Numbered from the stretch's first letter, positions 39,957-50,519 are shown. The stretch is DNA of 64,000 nucleotides from Calditrichaceae bacterium (GCA_050173015.1 JBFXLE010000016.1:1-64000); one strand, 5' to 3'. A program made the numbers and translations. The notes: generated by a model not told the origin, from the sequence alone.

Positions 39957-40199
39957 GCCCGTCTCCTATGATTATCAATAAAGTATTTTTTATGTATATC
40001 AAAAACCCGGAGAAATTCATAATAATAATTTGAATCTCTTCTGTTTATGCCGACAATCCTCATCAATTTATAATCAGATGTATAGTGGAAGAGAAATCGG
40101 AAACTATTTATTAAAAAACACATATTCAATCTTGCATACTGAAAATTTATTCTTAAATTTAGCAGCTATATTAGATTGATACTTATGGAGTAAGCGCTG

Positions 40200-40793
40200 A
40201 TGCTTGAATCTATCGGAATGTCTGTGTCACAGGAAGTTATGACATACCTGATCATTCCTGTTTTTATTATGATCGCCAGAATATTTGATGTGAGTCTTGG
40301 CACTATCCGGATCATCATGATATCGAGATCGAACAGACTCATCGCGGCATTCCTTGGTTTTTTTGAAGTCATTATCTGGTTGATCGCCGTAACACAGGTG
40401 CTTCAGAATCTACAGAATGTGGTCTCTTATATCGCGTACGGGGCCGGATTTGCGATCGGTAATTATCTGGGTATATCTTTTGAAAACAAACTGGCCATCG
40501 GAATGCAGACCATTCAAATTATTACTAAGGATAATTTTAAAACCTTATCGATGCTTTTGCGGGAAGAAGGATTTGGTGTCACCAACTTACAGGCCAATGG
40601 TCAGAAGGGTCAGCTCGACTTTATTCATGTCGTGACCTCCCGGAAGAGGACAAAAGAGGTACTCGCGATTGTCAAACAGTTTGATCCGATGGCATTTATA
40701 TCTATAACGGATCTCAGGTCATCCTATGCCGGTTTTAATGGAAGCAGATCCCGAAATTCATGGTGGCCGCGCGGCATTGTAAAGAAAAAATAA
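40200..40793 (+). CDS. DUF2179/DUF5698 membrane protein
   Basis: ARIFDVSLGTIR, GFFEVIIW, YGAGFAIG and DPMAFI motifs. Confidence 0.85.
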   Translation: MLESIGMSVSQEVMTYLIIPVFIMIARIFDVSLGTIRIIMISRSNRLIAAFLGFFEVIIWLIAVTQVLQNLQNVVSYIAYGAGFAIGNYLGISFENKLAIGMQTIQIITKDNFKTLSMLLREEGFGVTNLQANGQKGQLDFIHVVTSRKRTKEVLAIVKQFDPMAFISITDLRSSYAGFNGSRSRNSWWPRGIVKKK

Positions 40794-40896
40794 CGGAGAT
40801 TGTATTCATCTTCGTTTGTTTTATTTGCATGAAGTTATGGAGATCGGTATAATTAACCCGGTAACTACAAATTATTAAGATTAATCCGGAGGCGGT

Positions 40897-41355
40897 TTGA
40901 AAAACGCAAAAATTTACACTGACGGCGCGTGCTCGGGGAATCCCGGTCCCGGTGGATATGGTACTATCGTCGAGATAGACGGAGAACGAACTGAGCTTTC
41001 AAAGGGATATAAAAAGACTACAAACAACAGAATGGAACTTCGCGCTGTTCTTGCCGGTCTTGAATTACTGAACGAACCCCACGAGGTTGAAATTTATTCT
41101 GATTCAAAATATGTCATCGATGCCATAAGACTCAAATGGGCAGAACGCTGGAGAGCTAATGACTGGATGCGAAATAAAAAAGAAAAAGCGCTTAATCCCG
41201 ATCTTTGGGGAAAACTTCTCGATCTGCTAAAACCTCATAAAGTAACTTTGAATTGGGTGAAGGGTCATGCCGGACATCCGGAGAATGAACGTTGCGACGA
41301 GTTGGCCGTGGCTGCGAGTCTCGGTCTTGATTTAGAAGATGATCCCAGAAGCTAA
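40897..41355 (+). CDS. rnhA: Ribonuclease HI
   Basis: YTDGACSGNPGPGG, TTNNRMEL, SDSKYV and WVKGHAGHPENERCD motifs. Confidence 0.96.
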   Translation: MKNAKIYTDGACSGNPGPGGYGTIVEIDGERTELSKGYKKTTNNRMELRAVLAGLELLNEPHEVEIYSDSKYVIDAIRLKWAERWRANDWMRNKKEKALNPDLWGKLLDLLKPHKVTLNWVKGHAGHPENERCDELAVAASLGLDLEDDPRS

Positions 41356-41364
41356 ATGCGGACA

Positions 41365-42279
41365 TCAGATATTCTTGAGTAACTTTTTTGAATTAAGATA
41401 CTGATTTAAAAATTGCTCAAGAGCTTTAATGCCGATCAATGGATAATCAGCTGTTGGTAAGATCGTCACATGATCATTTTTAAAATGTTTTGAAATACTT
41501 TTGACGTTCACGGTATGGTCATACCGGTTGATGAAAATGCTGTTTATCTCAACCTTAATTTCCTTCAATTTGTTCTGAATCAATGCTGATTCCGCGAGAG
41601 AAAGACGGTCAGGATTTAAAACCAGATTGATTTTACTCGCTTTTTTATTTTCAAAGTGCTCTTTTGTTTTCTGATATCTAGCGATCAGAATATTTAATTT
41701 ATTGATAACCCTGTCTTTTTCGAATTCCTTTTTTCCGAACTTTATTCTGGTGACTAATTCCTTTTTTAAGATTAATTCTTTTCTTAACTCCAGTAATCTC
41801 CTCAGCCAGATCAAAGACAGTCCCGGCAGCGCGAAGAACTTCAGAGTAAGCGCTGTAGGAGGCATATCAAACAAGAAAAAGTCAAATCCTTCTTCATTTT
41901 TAATGATACTATCAAAGGCCAGAAGCAGGGCATATTCTTCAATCCCGGGTGAATATTTAATTGTTGAAAAATATTTTTCCAGATTGTATGCCGTTAAATA
42001 TCCGTAAGCCTTATACATCTGTTTTTCAACATCACTCAAATACCTTTTAACCCAGTAGTCCAGATCCACCTCTTTGATCGATAAATTCCTGCGCACTTCG
42101 ACAGATTTTTCGGCAAGTTTTGTTTCAAATATATCCGATTGGTTGTGAGCGGGATCCATTGAAATCAAGAGTACACGGTGATTATTCTGTGCCAGGGCGA
42201 GCGCGATAAGGGCGGAAGCAGTTGATTTCCCCACACCGCCTTTACCTAAAAAAAAGATTGACTTGTTTGTTTTTGACAT
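41365..42279 (-). CDS. ArsA/Get3 family ATPase (single domain, no cysteines)
   Basis: GKGGVGKS, SMDPAHN, PGIEE and DMPPTA motifs. Confidence 0.88.
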   Translation of the reverse strand: MSKTNKSIFFLGKGGVGKSTASALIALALAQNNHRVLLISMDPAHNQSDIFETKLAEKSVEVRRNLSIKEVDLDYWVKRYLSDVEKQMYKAYGYLTAYNLEKYFSTIKYSPGIEEYALLLAFDSIIKNEEGFDFFLFDMPPTALTLKFFALPGLSLIWLRRLLELRKELILKKELVTRIKFGKKEFEKDRVINKLNILIARYQKTKEHFENKKASKINLVLNPDRLSLAESALIQNKLKEIKVEINSIFINRYDHTVNVKSISKHFKNDHVTILPTADYPLIGIKALEQFLNQYLNSKKLLKNI

Positions 42280-42282
42280 ATA

Positions 42283-42588
42283 TTATCCTACATCAAAACC
42301 CGAAAAAAGCTCCGACATCGGTGCGTGCGCCGTGTCAATTTTATTTAACATTACCAAAAATTCTTTATCCAGTTCAGGAATCAGATCAAGAGTGATCTGC
42401 ATCGGCGGCGACGGGAGTCCGATAAAAGATCCTAACACAAGCATACCAAAAATATTTTCTAATTCTGTTAATTCCATTTCTATGATCTCTGTCGCTTTGT
42501 AACGTGAAATTTCTCCAATCGTATTTTTCTGTCTAAGAAGGAAAGCCCACATTTTTTTTACTCTATTTCCTTTTTTAATTGAGTCCAC
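42283..42588 (-). CDS. Small conserved-looking protein of the cstA-ArsA module
   Basis: ELENIFGMLVLGSFIGLPSPP..LDLIP pattern; GTG 42588 after a purine-rich stretch (start uncertain). Confidence 0.7.
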   Translation of the reverse strand: MDSIKKGNRVKKMWAFLLRQKNTIGEISRYKATEIIEMELTELENIFGMLVLGSFIGLPSPPMQITLDLIPELDKEFLVMLNKIDTAHAPMSELFSGFDVG

Positions 42589-42595
42589 CCTTTCT

Positions 42596-43051
42596 TTATC
42601 TCTTGGTATCAACACGAAAAATCCGTTCCTCCGTGAATATTCTCGTTTTTGACGGATAATAGTAATAAACGGCATAAAATACAAACAGAGCCGTCCCGGC
42701 CAGATGAATTTTATATATATCATAAAGACAAGCGGCAAAGAGGATATAAGCCGATATGGAGGCTATGTATATTGTTGTCTTTTCAAATTTTATGAACTCG
42801 CCGCGTTCCAGTTTTTTTCGGTGACGAACTCTTCCGATAAACGCCAGTCGATAAACTAACGGGATAATGATAGAAAAAAGGCCCGCAGAAAAAAACAAAG
42901 CAGGTGAAATAAATTCAGCTGTTCCCTCTATCCTTATTTGAGTGGCGCCTGTAAATCTCGCGAAATACAGAATCGCGATTAAAAAAAACGGCGGCAATAT
43001 TAATTTCCGGTAAGTCCCGGATAAAATCGTTCTGTTATCCATTATATTCAT
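42596..43051 (-). CDS. Hypothetical membrane protein (4 TM)
   Basis: Hydrophobic segments; C-terminal YYYYPSK; start uncertain. Confidence 0.7.
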   Translation of the reverse strand: MNIMDNRTILSGTYRKLILPPFFLIAILYFARFTGATQIRIEGTAEFISPALFFSAGLFSIIIPLVYRLAFIGRVRHRKKLERGEFIKFEKTTIYIASISAYILFAACLYDIYKIHLAGTALFVFYAVYYYYPSKTRIFTEERIFRVDTKR

Positions 43052-43097
43052 AGTTCTCAATTTTAAAGAATGGGAAATTCGCCTCAATCAGATTTAC

Positions 43098-43123
43098 AAA
43101 AAAAGCCCGGTTTCAATCCGGGC
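43098..43123 (-). terminator. Intrinsic terminator after cstA
   Basis: Minus strand GCCCGG-N7-CCGGGC-TTTTTTT. Confidence 0.75.
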
Positions 43124-43143
43124 GAAATTATTTATTTTATCTT

Positions 43144-44889
43144 TCAAACTATATCTACAGTCTCTTCCGTCAATTCCGGAACCCGATTTGGAGAGAAAAA
43201 TTTTATCAACCCCTCCCCTATCACCCATAAAACAATAAAAATAATCACCCCGTTCACTATCTGTAGTAATAAATTTTGGCTTGTTCCAAACTCTACCTGA
43301 TTCATGACGGAAGCCCATAGTGTCATCACACTCATAAAAATGGCCGGCACTCCCGCGATCACCCATTTCAGGCCGCCTTTGCTTTTCAGATATAACGTAA
43401 TGATGATCAATGCCAGCGCGGCGAGGGTCTGATTAACCGCTCCGAACAACGGCCACAAAGTTAATGCCCCTTTTCCGCTGCTGCCTGAAGCGAACGCGAG
43501 CAAAGCGGCTGTAATTACCACAAAAGCCGTAGAGATATAGCGGTTCCTGAATAGCTCTATTTTCATGTCAGTACCAAGCTCAGTCACTACATACCTTTGT
43601 ATACGCGTCGCCGTATCCAGAGTAGTACCGGCGAAACTGGCGACAAACAATCCCATGACTACGATCCCTATCTGTTTTGGAATACCGATGGTGGCCATCA
43701 TATTCGCGGCCCCTACTACAAACGCGCTGACTTTGGAACCCAAACCGGCAGCGGCGGTCCAGGAAGAATAATGGGTTGACCATGCCTCGATACCGTACAA
43801 TGTGGTACCGGCCTGATTGGTATATCCCATTCCAATTCCCGCGGAAACAGCGATGATGACAAGTGTGGCCAGACTGCCTTCGACCAGCATTGATCCATAT
43901 CCCACAAACAGGGAATCCGACTCCGATCTTACTTGCTTTGCCGTAGTCCCCGACGCCACCAGCGAATGGAATCCGGAAATGGCGCCGCAGGCAATGGTAA
44001 TGAAAAGAAACGGCCACATGGGAGGCGCGTTTTCAGGTGACATTTGCACGGCAGGCGCGACGACTTCCATATTTCCGAATATGGACGCGCTAAAAGCTCC
44101 AAGCCCCAGTAAAACCATCGCCACTATTAACTGATAGGCGTTTATAAAGTCTCTGGGCTGAAGAAGGGTGGTAACCGGCAGGACGGAGGCGATGTACGCG
44201 TAAATCAACAATATGATTGTCCAGATGCCTGTAGGCGCTATGCCAAAGAATGAGGGCATGGCAAGGGGCATATAATTTCCCACGATTACAGAACCATACA
44301 TCACAAAAAGCGCGATGACGGACCAGGTAAATATATTTTTTCCCTTCTTATATATCAGGTGGCCAAGATAAACAGCGATCGGAATTTGCAGCCAGACCGG
44401 AAACACCGAGGACGGATACATATTAAATATGATCGCGATTACGAGACCAAAAATCGATATCACAATCCACAACGCAAGGAAAACGATAACAAAGAAAAAG
44501 AATCTGGTACGGCTGTTGATATATTTCGCGGTAAATTCCGAAATGGACTTTCCCTGATTTCTTAAAGAGATGACCAACGCTCCAAAATCATGCACCGCTC
44601 CCATGATCGCCGATCCAAGAAACACCCAGATAAGCGCCGGCAACCATCCCCATATAATAGCGATGGCCGGTCCGACGATAGGCCCCGTACCAGCGATAGA
44701 TGTAAAATGATGGCCAAAAATCACTTCCTTTTTTGTGGGAACAAAGTCGATGCCGTCTTCGTATTTTACGGCAGGTGTTTCCGCGTTCCCGGAAAGATGA
44801 AAAATTTTCCTGCTGAGAAACTTTCCGTAAAACCTGTACATAATGATATAGCCGAAAAATACGACTGCCATCATGAGTAAAATTTCCAT
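43144..44889 (-). CDS. cstA: Carbon starvation protein A family transporter
   Basis: FGHHFTSIAGTGPIVGP, GAVHDF, LLQPRD, FITIACGAISGFH, TTLDTATR, LWPLFG. Confidence 0.93.
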   Translation of the reverse strand: MEILLMMAVVFFGYIIMYRFYGKFLSRKIFHLSGNAETPAVKYEDGIDFVPTKKEVIFGHHFTSIAGTGPIVGPAIAIIWGWLPALIWVFLGSAIMGAVHDFGALVISLRNQGKSISEFTAKYINSRTRFFFFVIVFLALWIVISIFGLVIAIIFNMYPSSVFPVWLQIPIAVYLGHLIYKKGKNIFTWSVIALFVMYGSVIVGNYMPLAMPSFFGIAPTGIWTIILLIYAYIASVLPVTTLLQPRDFINAYQLIVAMVLLGLGAFSASIFGNMEVVAPAVQMSPENAPPMWPFLFITIACGAISGFHSLVASGTTAKQVRSESDSLFVGYGSMLVEGSLATLVIIAVSAGIGMGYTNQAGTTLYGIEAWSTHYSSWTAAAGLGSKVSAFVVGAANMMATIGIPKQIGIVVMGLFVASFAGTTLDTATRIQRYVVTELGTDMKIELFRNRYISTAFVVITAALLAFASGSSGKGALTLWPLFGAVNQTLAALALIIITLYLKSKGGLKWVIAGVPAIFMSVMTLWASVMNQVEFGTSQNLLLQIVNGVIIFIVLWVIGEGLIKFFSPNRVPELTEETVDIV

Positions 44890-45122
44890 ATCTCACCTTA
44901 ATTTCATGAATGGGACAAAGTTCTGATCTATGCCTGTTTCATTAAAACCGTCTTTATAAAGCATGAATTCCGATATCGCTTTATCTTTAATCATTGAAAA
45001 ATATAATACAAATCCCTTTTGTTTCAAACGATCAATAATATATTTTTTGGCGATTATCCCACTGAATTTTTATTGAAGTCAAAATGACAAAATTTACAAC
45101 CACACCGGCACATACTTTTACC

Positions 45123-45158
45123 AAAAAAAAAGACGGCCGGATAATTATCCGCGCCGCC
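45123..45158 (-). terminator. Intrinsic terminator after the TAXI gene
   Basis: GC-rich stem around GGATAATTATCC followed by a T-tract on the minus strand. Confidence 0.65.
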
Positions 45159-45185
45159 GGTATGAGTGTTACAATAGCATTTTCA

Positions 45186-46145
45186 TTATTTCAGAACACC
45201 TTTTTCCTTCCAAAACTTCTTCGCGCCCGGATGCAAAGGCGTCACAATTCCTTTGATTCCGTTTTCCGTGCTCATGGCTGTTGCCGAAACATGGGCTTTC
45301 ACCATATATTCAAGCCCCTCTTTGTTAAAAATATTTAGTAAAAGTTTATAAACATCGTCGTCGGACACTTTTTTATTCACAACAAGAATGGCGGTATCCT
45401 GAAATGTGATCACATCTTCAGATTGCCCTTGATAAGTATCAGCCGGAATTATGACTTTTGTAAAATACGGATACTTTTTAAATAATCCCGCTTCTTCTCC
45501 GGCATTGTATGTATTGAGAAGCATAATATCCGTTTTTGACGCGGCGTCACTTACGGAAGCATTTGGGAATCCCGCAAAAACCCAGAAAGCGTCCAGCTGC
45601 CCGTTTACAAAGGCTTCGTCCGCTTCAAGATAACCCAGATTTTCACGCCCCATTTTATCCCAGATGCCAATTTCGCTGAAATAGATCTCTGCATTTTCGG
45701 CAGCGCCGGAGCCTACATTTCCAACACCGACACGTTTATCCAATAGCTCTTTCGGGTGTGTTATACCCGCCTTTTTCTTCACAACCAGCTGAGCAGGCGC
45801 TCCGTAAAGATAGGCTACCGCCATTACATCGTCATATTTGCTTTTGTCGTTCTTTAATTTTCCCTCTTTTGCGTCATAAACATGAGCGGAATACGCGATC
45901 CCAAACCCTGAGCTTCCTGAATTCACCAGACGTATATTTTCAATTGAACCGTTTGAAGACATTGCGAGTATTTTCAGGTTACTTTTTTTTGCCAGATTCT
46001 GTATGGCCTGGGCATAATACTGGAAGGTTCCGCCTGAAGGTCCTCCGGATATTTTATAAACTTGTGAAATAGCAGCTTCGGGGAACATCCAGATTGTTGA
46101 TATGGCAAGAATCATGAAATACTTTAGAAAACGGTTACTCGGCAT
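45186..46145 (-). CDS. TAXI-family TRAP solute-binding protein
   Basis: GGPSGGTF, GSIENIRLV, IPADTYQGQ and PLHPGAKKFW motifs. Confidence 0.9.
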   Translation of the reverse strand: MPSNRFLKYFMILAISTIWMFPEAAISQVYKISGGPSGGTFQYYAQAIQNLAKKSNLKILAMSSNGSIENIRLVNSGSSGFGIAYSAHVYDAKEGKLKNDKSKYDDVMAVAYLYGAPAQLVVKKKAGITHPKELLDKRVGVGNVGSGAAENAEIYFSEIGIWDKMGRENLGYLEADEAFVNGQLDAFWVFAGFPNASVSDAASKTDIMLLNTYNAGEEAGLFKKYPYFTKVIIPADTYQGQSEDVITFQDTAILVVNKKVSDDDVYKLLLNIFNKEGLEYMVKAHVSATAMSTENGIKGIVTPLHPGAKKFWKEKGVLK

Positions 46146-46432
46146 AATTCAACTCCTTTTCTTGGATCAGGCATTCTGGGTTTAATTTATATGATACAAG
46201 TACATTAAATCCATCCTAATTGGAGCCGTCTGTCATAACTTTTCTGGAAATACCCCGCCCCGATGATACTTACTAACCGCGACAGATTATTCACGGTTTT
46301 ATAAAAAGCAATTATTGAAATTCATCTGAATGGCCGTCTGCTTTTTTAAATAAAGCAGCCGGTCTGTGATATTAAAAATTAAACACTGACCGGCTTATGT
46401 GCAAGTTTAAAAGAAATTATCGTCCCTGAGCA

Positions 46433-47083
46433 TCAATCCACCGTAAGCTCAACGGTTTTATACTCTTTCTTTAATTCCGCGATAATACTTTTTAATATCT
46501 TTTCATCCGCCTGAAATCTGATGAGAACCTCCCTGCTCCCTTCCGGAAGACCATGCTGAGTTGTGAGAATACTGATACACTTAAAATTTTCTTTCCTCAT
46601 CAGATCGCATACTTCCTTAATGGATCCCGGTGTATCGGGAATGACCAGTGATATCCTGTAAGCCGCGACACGGGCGCCGGTTATGTTAATCAATGCCTCA
46701 AAGATATCCTGTTCCGTCACTATTCCTATTAACTTCTGCTTGTTATCTACAACAGGCAATCCGCCAATTTTATTATCATGCATCAATATTGCCGCCCGCT
46801 CGATCGTTGCCTCCGGCAAAACGGTGATGGGTGACCGGGTCATGATATCCTTCACTTTAATTCTCGACATCAGATAATGTAGTTCCCAGATATCCAGCGA
46901 AGAAGCTTTTGACGGTGACGCCTCTTTTAGATCCCGGTCAGAAACAATGCCAACCAGTTTGTCTTTACGCATTACCGGCAAACGGCGGATCCGGTTTCTC
47001 TTAAGCATATTAATCGCCTCAGAAAGTGATTCATTTTCATCTACAGTAATTACTTTTTTACTCATCCATTTATGCACAAGCAT
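46433..47083 (-). CDS. CBS-pair + ACT domain protein (AcuB-like)
   Basis: IRRLPV, GIVSDRDLKEASPS, IGGLPVV; C-terminal PDTPGSI ACT motif. Confidence 0.88.
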   Translation of the reverse strand: MLVHKWMSKKVITVDENESLSEAINMLKRNRIRRLPVMRKDKLVGIVSDRDLKEASPSKASSLDIWELHYLMSRIKVKDIMTRSPITVLPEATIERAAILMHDNKIGGLPVVDNKQKLIGIVTEQDIFEALINITGARVAAYRISLVIPDTPGSIKEVCDLMRKENFKCISILTTQHGLPEGSREVLIRFQADEKILKSIIAELKKEYKTVELTVD

Positions 47084-47106
47084 AATTACTCCTGCTATTC
47101 TTTTTA

Positions 47107-47811
47107 CTATATACCCAAATACGCGGACTTGACGTGTTCATTATGTAAAAGTTCCTTACCGGTACCGGAGATTGTTATCTTTCCGTTCTCCAGAACATAG
47201 GCTCGGTCGCAAAATGTCAGAGTGGACTGGACATTTTGTTCGACAAGCAAGACAGTCATTCCATTTTTATTAATATTTCTGATAATATTGAAAATTTCCT
47301 GGACAAGAACCGGCGCAAGCCCCAGACTTGGTTCATCCAGCATTAAAATTTTAGGCAGGGACATGAGGCCCCGTCCCACAGCCACCATCTGCTGCTCTCC
47401 CCCGCTTAAGGTACCCGCCAGCTGTTTTCTGCGTTCTTTCAATCTTGGGAACAATCTGTAACATTCTTCAAGTGTTTCAGCGCGCTTGGTTCTCGCGTCA
47501 CCGTGAAGGGAACCCATTATTAAATTTTCTTCGACTGTCATCTCATTAAAAAGACGGCGGCCTTCCGGGACATGAACAACTCCCTTCTTTATAATTTCAT
47601 CCGGAGCGGTATCTGTCAAACTATCCCCATTGAAGGTAATTTCACCGGAACCTGCTTTTTGTAAGCCTGATATAGTTTTGAGAGTCGATGATTTTCCCGC
47701 GCCGTTTGCCCCAACCAGAACAACAATTTCCCCATCATTTACATCGAACGTAATATCCCAAAGCGCCTGTAAATCTCCATAACTCATATCAACATTTGTT
47801 ACCTTAAGCAT
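47107..47811 (-). CDS. livF: HAAT/Liv-type ABC ATP-binding protein
   Basis: GANGAGKS, VPEGRRLF, LSGGEQQM, DEPSLGLAP, VEQN. Confidence 0.92.
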   Translation of the reverse strand: MLKVTNVDMSYGDLQALWDITFDVNDGEIVVLVGANGAGKSSTLKTISGLQKAGSGEITFNGDSLTDTAPDEIIKKGVVHVPEGRRLFNEMTVEENLIMGSLHGDARTKRAETLEECYRLFPRLKERRKQLAGTLSGGEQQMVAVGRGLMSLPKILMLDEPSLGLAPVLVQEIFNIIRNINKNGMTVLLVEQNVQSTLTFCDRAYVLENGKITISGTGKELLHNEHVKSAYLGI

Positions 47812-48547
47812 TATAAGGATTCTCCATATTATAATCTGATCCCAGATAAGCCTCGATGACTGTTGGATTTTTTGAAACCTCCGCGGGTGTTCCTTCTGTT
47901 ATTGTCGCTCCGTACGCGATAGCATGGATCCGGTCGCTGATGCCCATGATAACTTTCATAATATGCTCAACAATGATGATCGTAATACCGAGTTCACGTC
48001 TTATTTTATTAATAATATCAATGGCCTCATCCAGTTCCGACGGGTTCAATCCTGCAGCCGTTTCATCCAAAAGAAGTAGCGAAGGCTTTGTTGCCAGCGC
48101 TTTGGCAATTTCCAGTCTTTTCCGCCCGGCTATGGGAAGACTTCCGGCTTTCATTTGACTTACTGAAGATAACTTGCAAAAATCGACAACCTCCCGGGCA
48201 ACATCCCTCGACCTCTTAAAGGTTGACTCGCGCGCGAATGCCGCGGCCATCACATTCTCTTCCACAGTCATTCTCTTCAGCGGTTTTACAACCTGAAACG
48301 TGCGGCCTATACCAAGTCGGGCAATCTCAAATGTTTTTTTGTTTGTGATATTCTGGCCCTTAAAGATGATTTTACCTGAACTAACGGGGTAATATTGATT
48401 GATAAGATTGAATAAAGTTGTTTTACCGCTGCCATTCGGGCCGATAAGTCCAAAGATCTCTCCCTCCTGAACTTCAAGAGAGACATGATTTACGGCCATC
48501 AGGCCGCCGAATGATTTTGTGACACTGTCAAGAGTCAGAATACTCAT
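47804..48547 (-). CDS. livG: HAAT/Liv-type ABC ATP-binding protein
   Basis: FGGLMAV, GPNGSGKT, RTFQ, VIEAYLG. Confidence 0.92.
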   Translation of the reverse strand: MSILTLDSVTKSFGGLMAVNHVSLEVQEGEIFGLIGPNGSGKTTLFNLINQYYPVSSGKIIFKGQNITNKKTFEIARLGIGRTFQVVKPLKRMTVEENVMAAAFARESTFKRSRDVAREVVDFCKLSSVSQMKAGSLPIAGRKRLEIAKALATKPSLLLLDETAAGLNPSELDEAIDIINKIRRELGITIIIVEHIMKVIMGISDRIHAIAYGATITEGTPAEVSKNPTVIEAYLGSDYNMENPYNA

Positions 48548-49539
48548 TATTTTATCTCCGGAACCCTTTTGAACCTAAATTTTTTAGCTATAATTTTCCA
48601 GTCGCCCACGATACCACCGGCCAGATACAGGATCACAAATATTACCAGTAGCCCAAAGACCAATGAGTGAATTCTTGAGACCCAGATGGGCGCGAATCCA
48701 AAAAACGATGAACGGAAAAGTTCCTGAACAAAAACCATCACAACAGCGCCGACCGCCGGTCCCCAAATCGTTCCTACTCCGCCGATTATCCCAACCAGAA
48801 TGGTGATAATCGAAATATTATGAAGCGCAAAAACCACTTCCGGATCGATAAATCCCATATAGATCATATAAAATGCCCCTGCCGTCCCTGCCCAGAATGT
48901 CGATATGACCGTCGCGACATTCTTGTATTTTTTTGTATCAATCCCAAGCGCTTCCGCGGCATCCTGATCCTCCCTGATGGACAGAAAGTAGAACCCGGAT
49001 TTTGATCGCATTACCGCCTTTATGGAAAAAACAGCGCCGGCCGCAAGGAACAAGGCGACAAAATAATAGGGATATTTGCTCACCCATGTCGTCATATACA
49101 GAATTCCGTTATGTCCGCTTGTCAACCACTCTTCTTCACCAAATATCAACCGCAAAATCTCGGCTGATGCCAGGGTTCCGAGAGCAAAATAAGGACCCCT
49201 CAGCCTGAACACCATAATTCCAAGCAAATACCCTATGAATATGGCCGCAAGACCGCCGGTGAGCAATCCCCACCAGGGTGATATTTTAAAGTGATAATAG
49301 GGTAAAGCCGCCGCGTATGCTCCGATACCGAAATATGCCGCGTGACCAAATGAAACAAGTCCCGTATATCCCGCGAGAAGATTCCATGAACTACCAAGAA
49401 TCACCCACATGAGAATGAATATCAGAAGTCCCTGTATGTATGGGGAGAAGTGAAAAATAAACGGCAGAACAATCGCGACGGCAAGAATGCCCAGCTCAAC
49501 CCGCGATACCCCCGGTAAAATTGATTTTTTTTCAACCAT
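48547..49539 (-). CDS. livM: HAAT/Liv-type ABC permease
   Basis: GYTGLVSFGHAAYFGIGAY, RLRGPYF, IREDQDAA. Confidence 0.9.
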   Translation of the reverse strand: MVEKKSILPGVSRVELGILAVAIVLPFIFHFSPYIQGLLIFILMWVILGSSWNLLAGYTGLVSFGHAAYFGIGAYAAALPYYHFKISPWWGLLTGGLAAIFIGYLLGIMVFRLRGPYFALGTLASAEILRLIFGEEEWLTSGHNGILYMTTWVSKYPYYFVALFLAAGAVFSIKAVMRSKSGFYFLSIREDQDAAEALGIDTKKYKNVATVISTFWAGTAGAFYMIYMGFIDPEVVFALHNISIITILVGIIGGVGTIWGPAVGAVVMVFVQELFRSSFFGFAPIWVSRIHSLVFGLLVIFVILYLAGGIVGDWKIIAKKFRFKRVPEIK

Positions 49540-49548
49540 TTTCAGTAC

Positions 49549-50424
49549 CTATACCTTTGTCAATCGTTTTAAACCACCAGGAAAAAACACCAGTACAAGA
49601 AGGAAAATTATAAGTCCAACCGCGTCACGATAGCCCATAGAGATGTAAGTCGCGCCAAAAGTTTCAGCGATCCCCAGGACAATACCGCCCGCGATTGCGC
49701 CGACGGTCGAACCTAATCCTCCCAGAATAGTGATTACAAAAGCCTTCACGGTGAAAATAGGACCGACATCCGGATATAAATAATATACCGGCAGAAGCAG
49801 TGATCCCGCGGCCGCATCCAAAGCGCTTCCCAGCCCATATGTGAGGATCGTGATCTTTCCCGCGCTCACTCCCATCAACGTTGCCGCCTCTTTATCCTGC
49901 GCGGTGGCCCTTATTGATCGTCCCAGGTCCGTTTTTATCAGCATCCAGAACAAACTGACAGTAAGAAAAATAGCTATAATAAACGCGATGACTAAAGGCG
50001 CGTGGAATGAGATTCCTGAAAAATGCCAGGCAATATCAGTATAGGATGTCTGAATAGAACGATAATCACTTGAGAAAATCGAACGGGCCAGTTCCACCAG
50101 CACCATACCAATACCCACAGTCATGAGCACCTGATTTTCAGGCAGTATTGAATCTTTTTTTATCAGAGGGTGCAAAAGATACTTGCTGAGACCTTCCGCG
50201 AATAGAAATACTAACGGAATAGTAATGAATATGGATATATATGGATCGAGGCCGACAAATTTCCACAATACCCAGGTAATATACATGGCAACCATGAGAA
50301 TCTGCCCATGAGCCAGATTTATAATCCCGAGCACGCCCATAATCAGCGTCATCCCTATTCCGATAATCGCGTATAAACCGCCGATAAGCAATCCTGACAC
50401 GAGTGTTTGCAAAAATAATTCCAT
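49549..50424 (-). CDS. livH: HAAT/Liv-type ABC permease
   Basis: GIINLAHG, GRSIRATAQD, ILGGLGS. Confidence 0.9.
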   Translation of the reverse strand: MELFLQTLVSGLLIGGLYAIIGIGMTLIMGVLGIINLAHGQILMVAMYITWVLWKFVGLDPYISIFITIPLVFLFAEGLSKYLLHPLIKKDSILPENQVLMTVGIGMVLVELARSIFSSDYRSIQTSYTDIAWHFSGISFHAPLVIAFIIAIFLTVSLFWMLIKTDLGRSIRATAQDKEAATLMGVSAGKITILTYGLGSALDAAAGSLLLPVYYLYPDVGPIFTVKAFVITILGGLGSTVGAIAGGIVLGIAETFGATYISMGYRDAVGLIIFLLVLVFFPGGLKRLTKV

Positions 50425-50454
50425 CAACAACCCCAAAAAAGTTGGATTAGTAGA

Positions 50455-50519
50455 GGAGGAGAAAAAAACCGGTTATAAATCTGCTGAGAACGACCATGAA
50501 GAATAACCGGCTCTCCTCC
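50455..50519. other. Intergenic stem-loop after the substrate-binding protein gene
   Basis: GGAGGAGA/TCTCCTCC and CCGGTTAT/ATAACCGG nested inverted repeats. Confidence 0.55.

Noticed and set aside
41365-42279. Arsenic resistance ATPase arsA
   Set aside because: Single domain, no cysteines, and no arsB/acr3/arsC/arsR/arsD nearby.
42589-42738. N-terminal extension of the 151-aa ORF
   Set aside because: It overlaps the upstream membrane-protein gene in another frame; GTG 42588 is the more plausible start.
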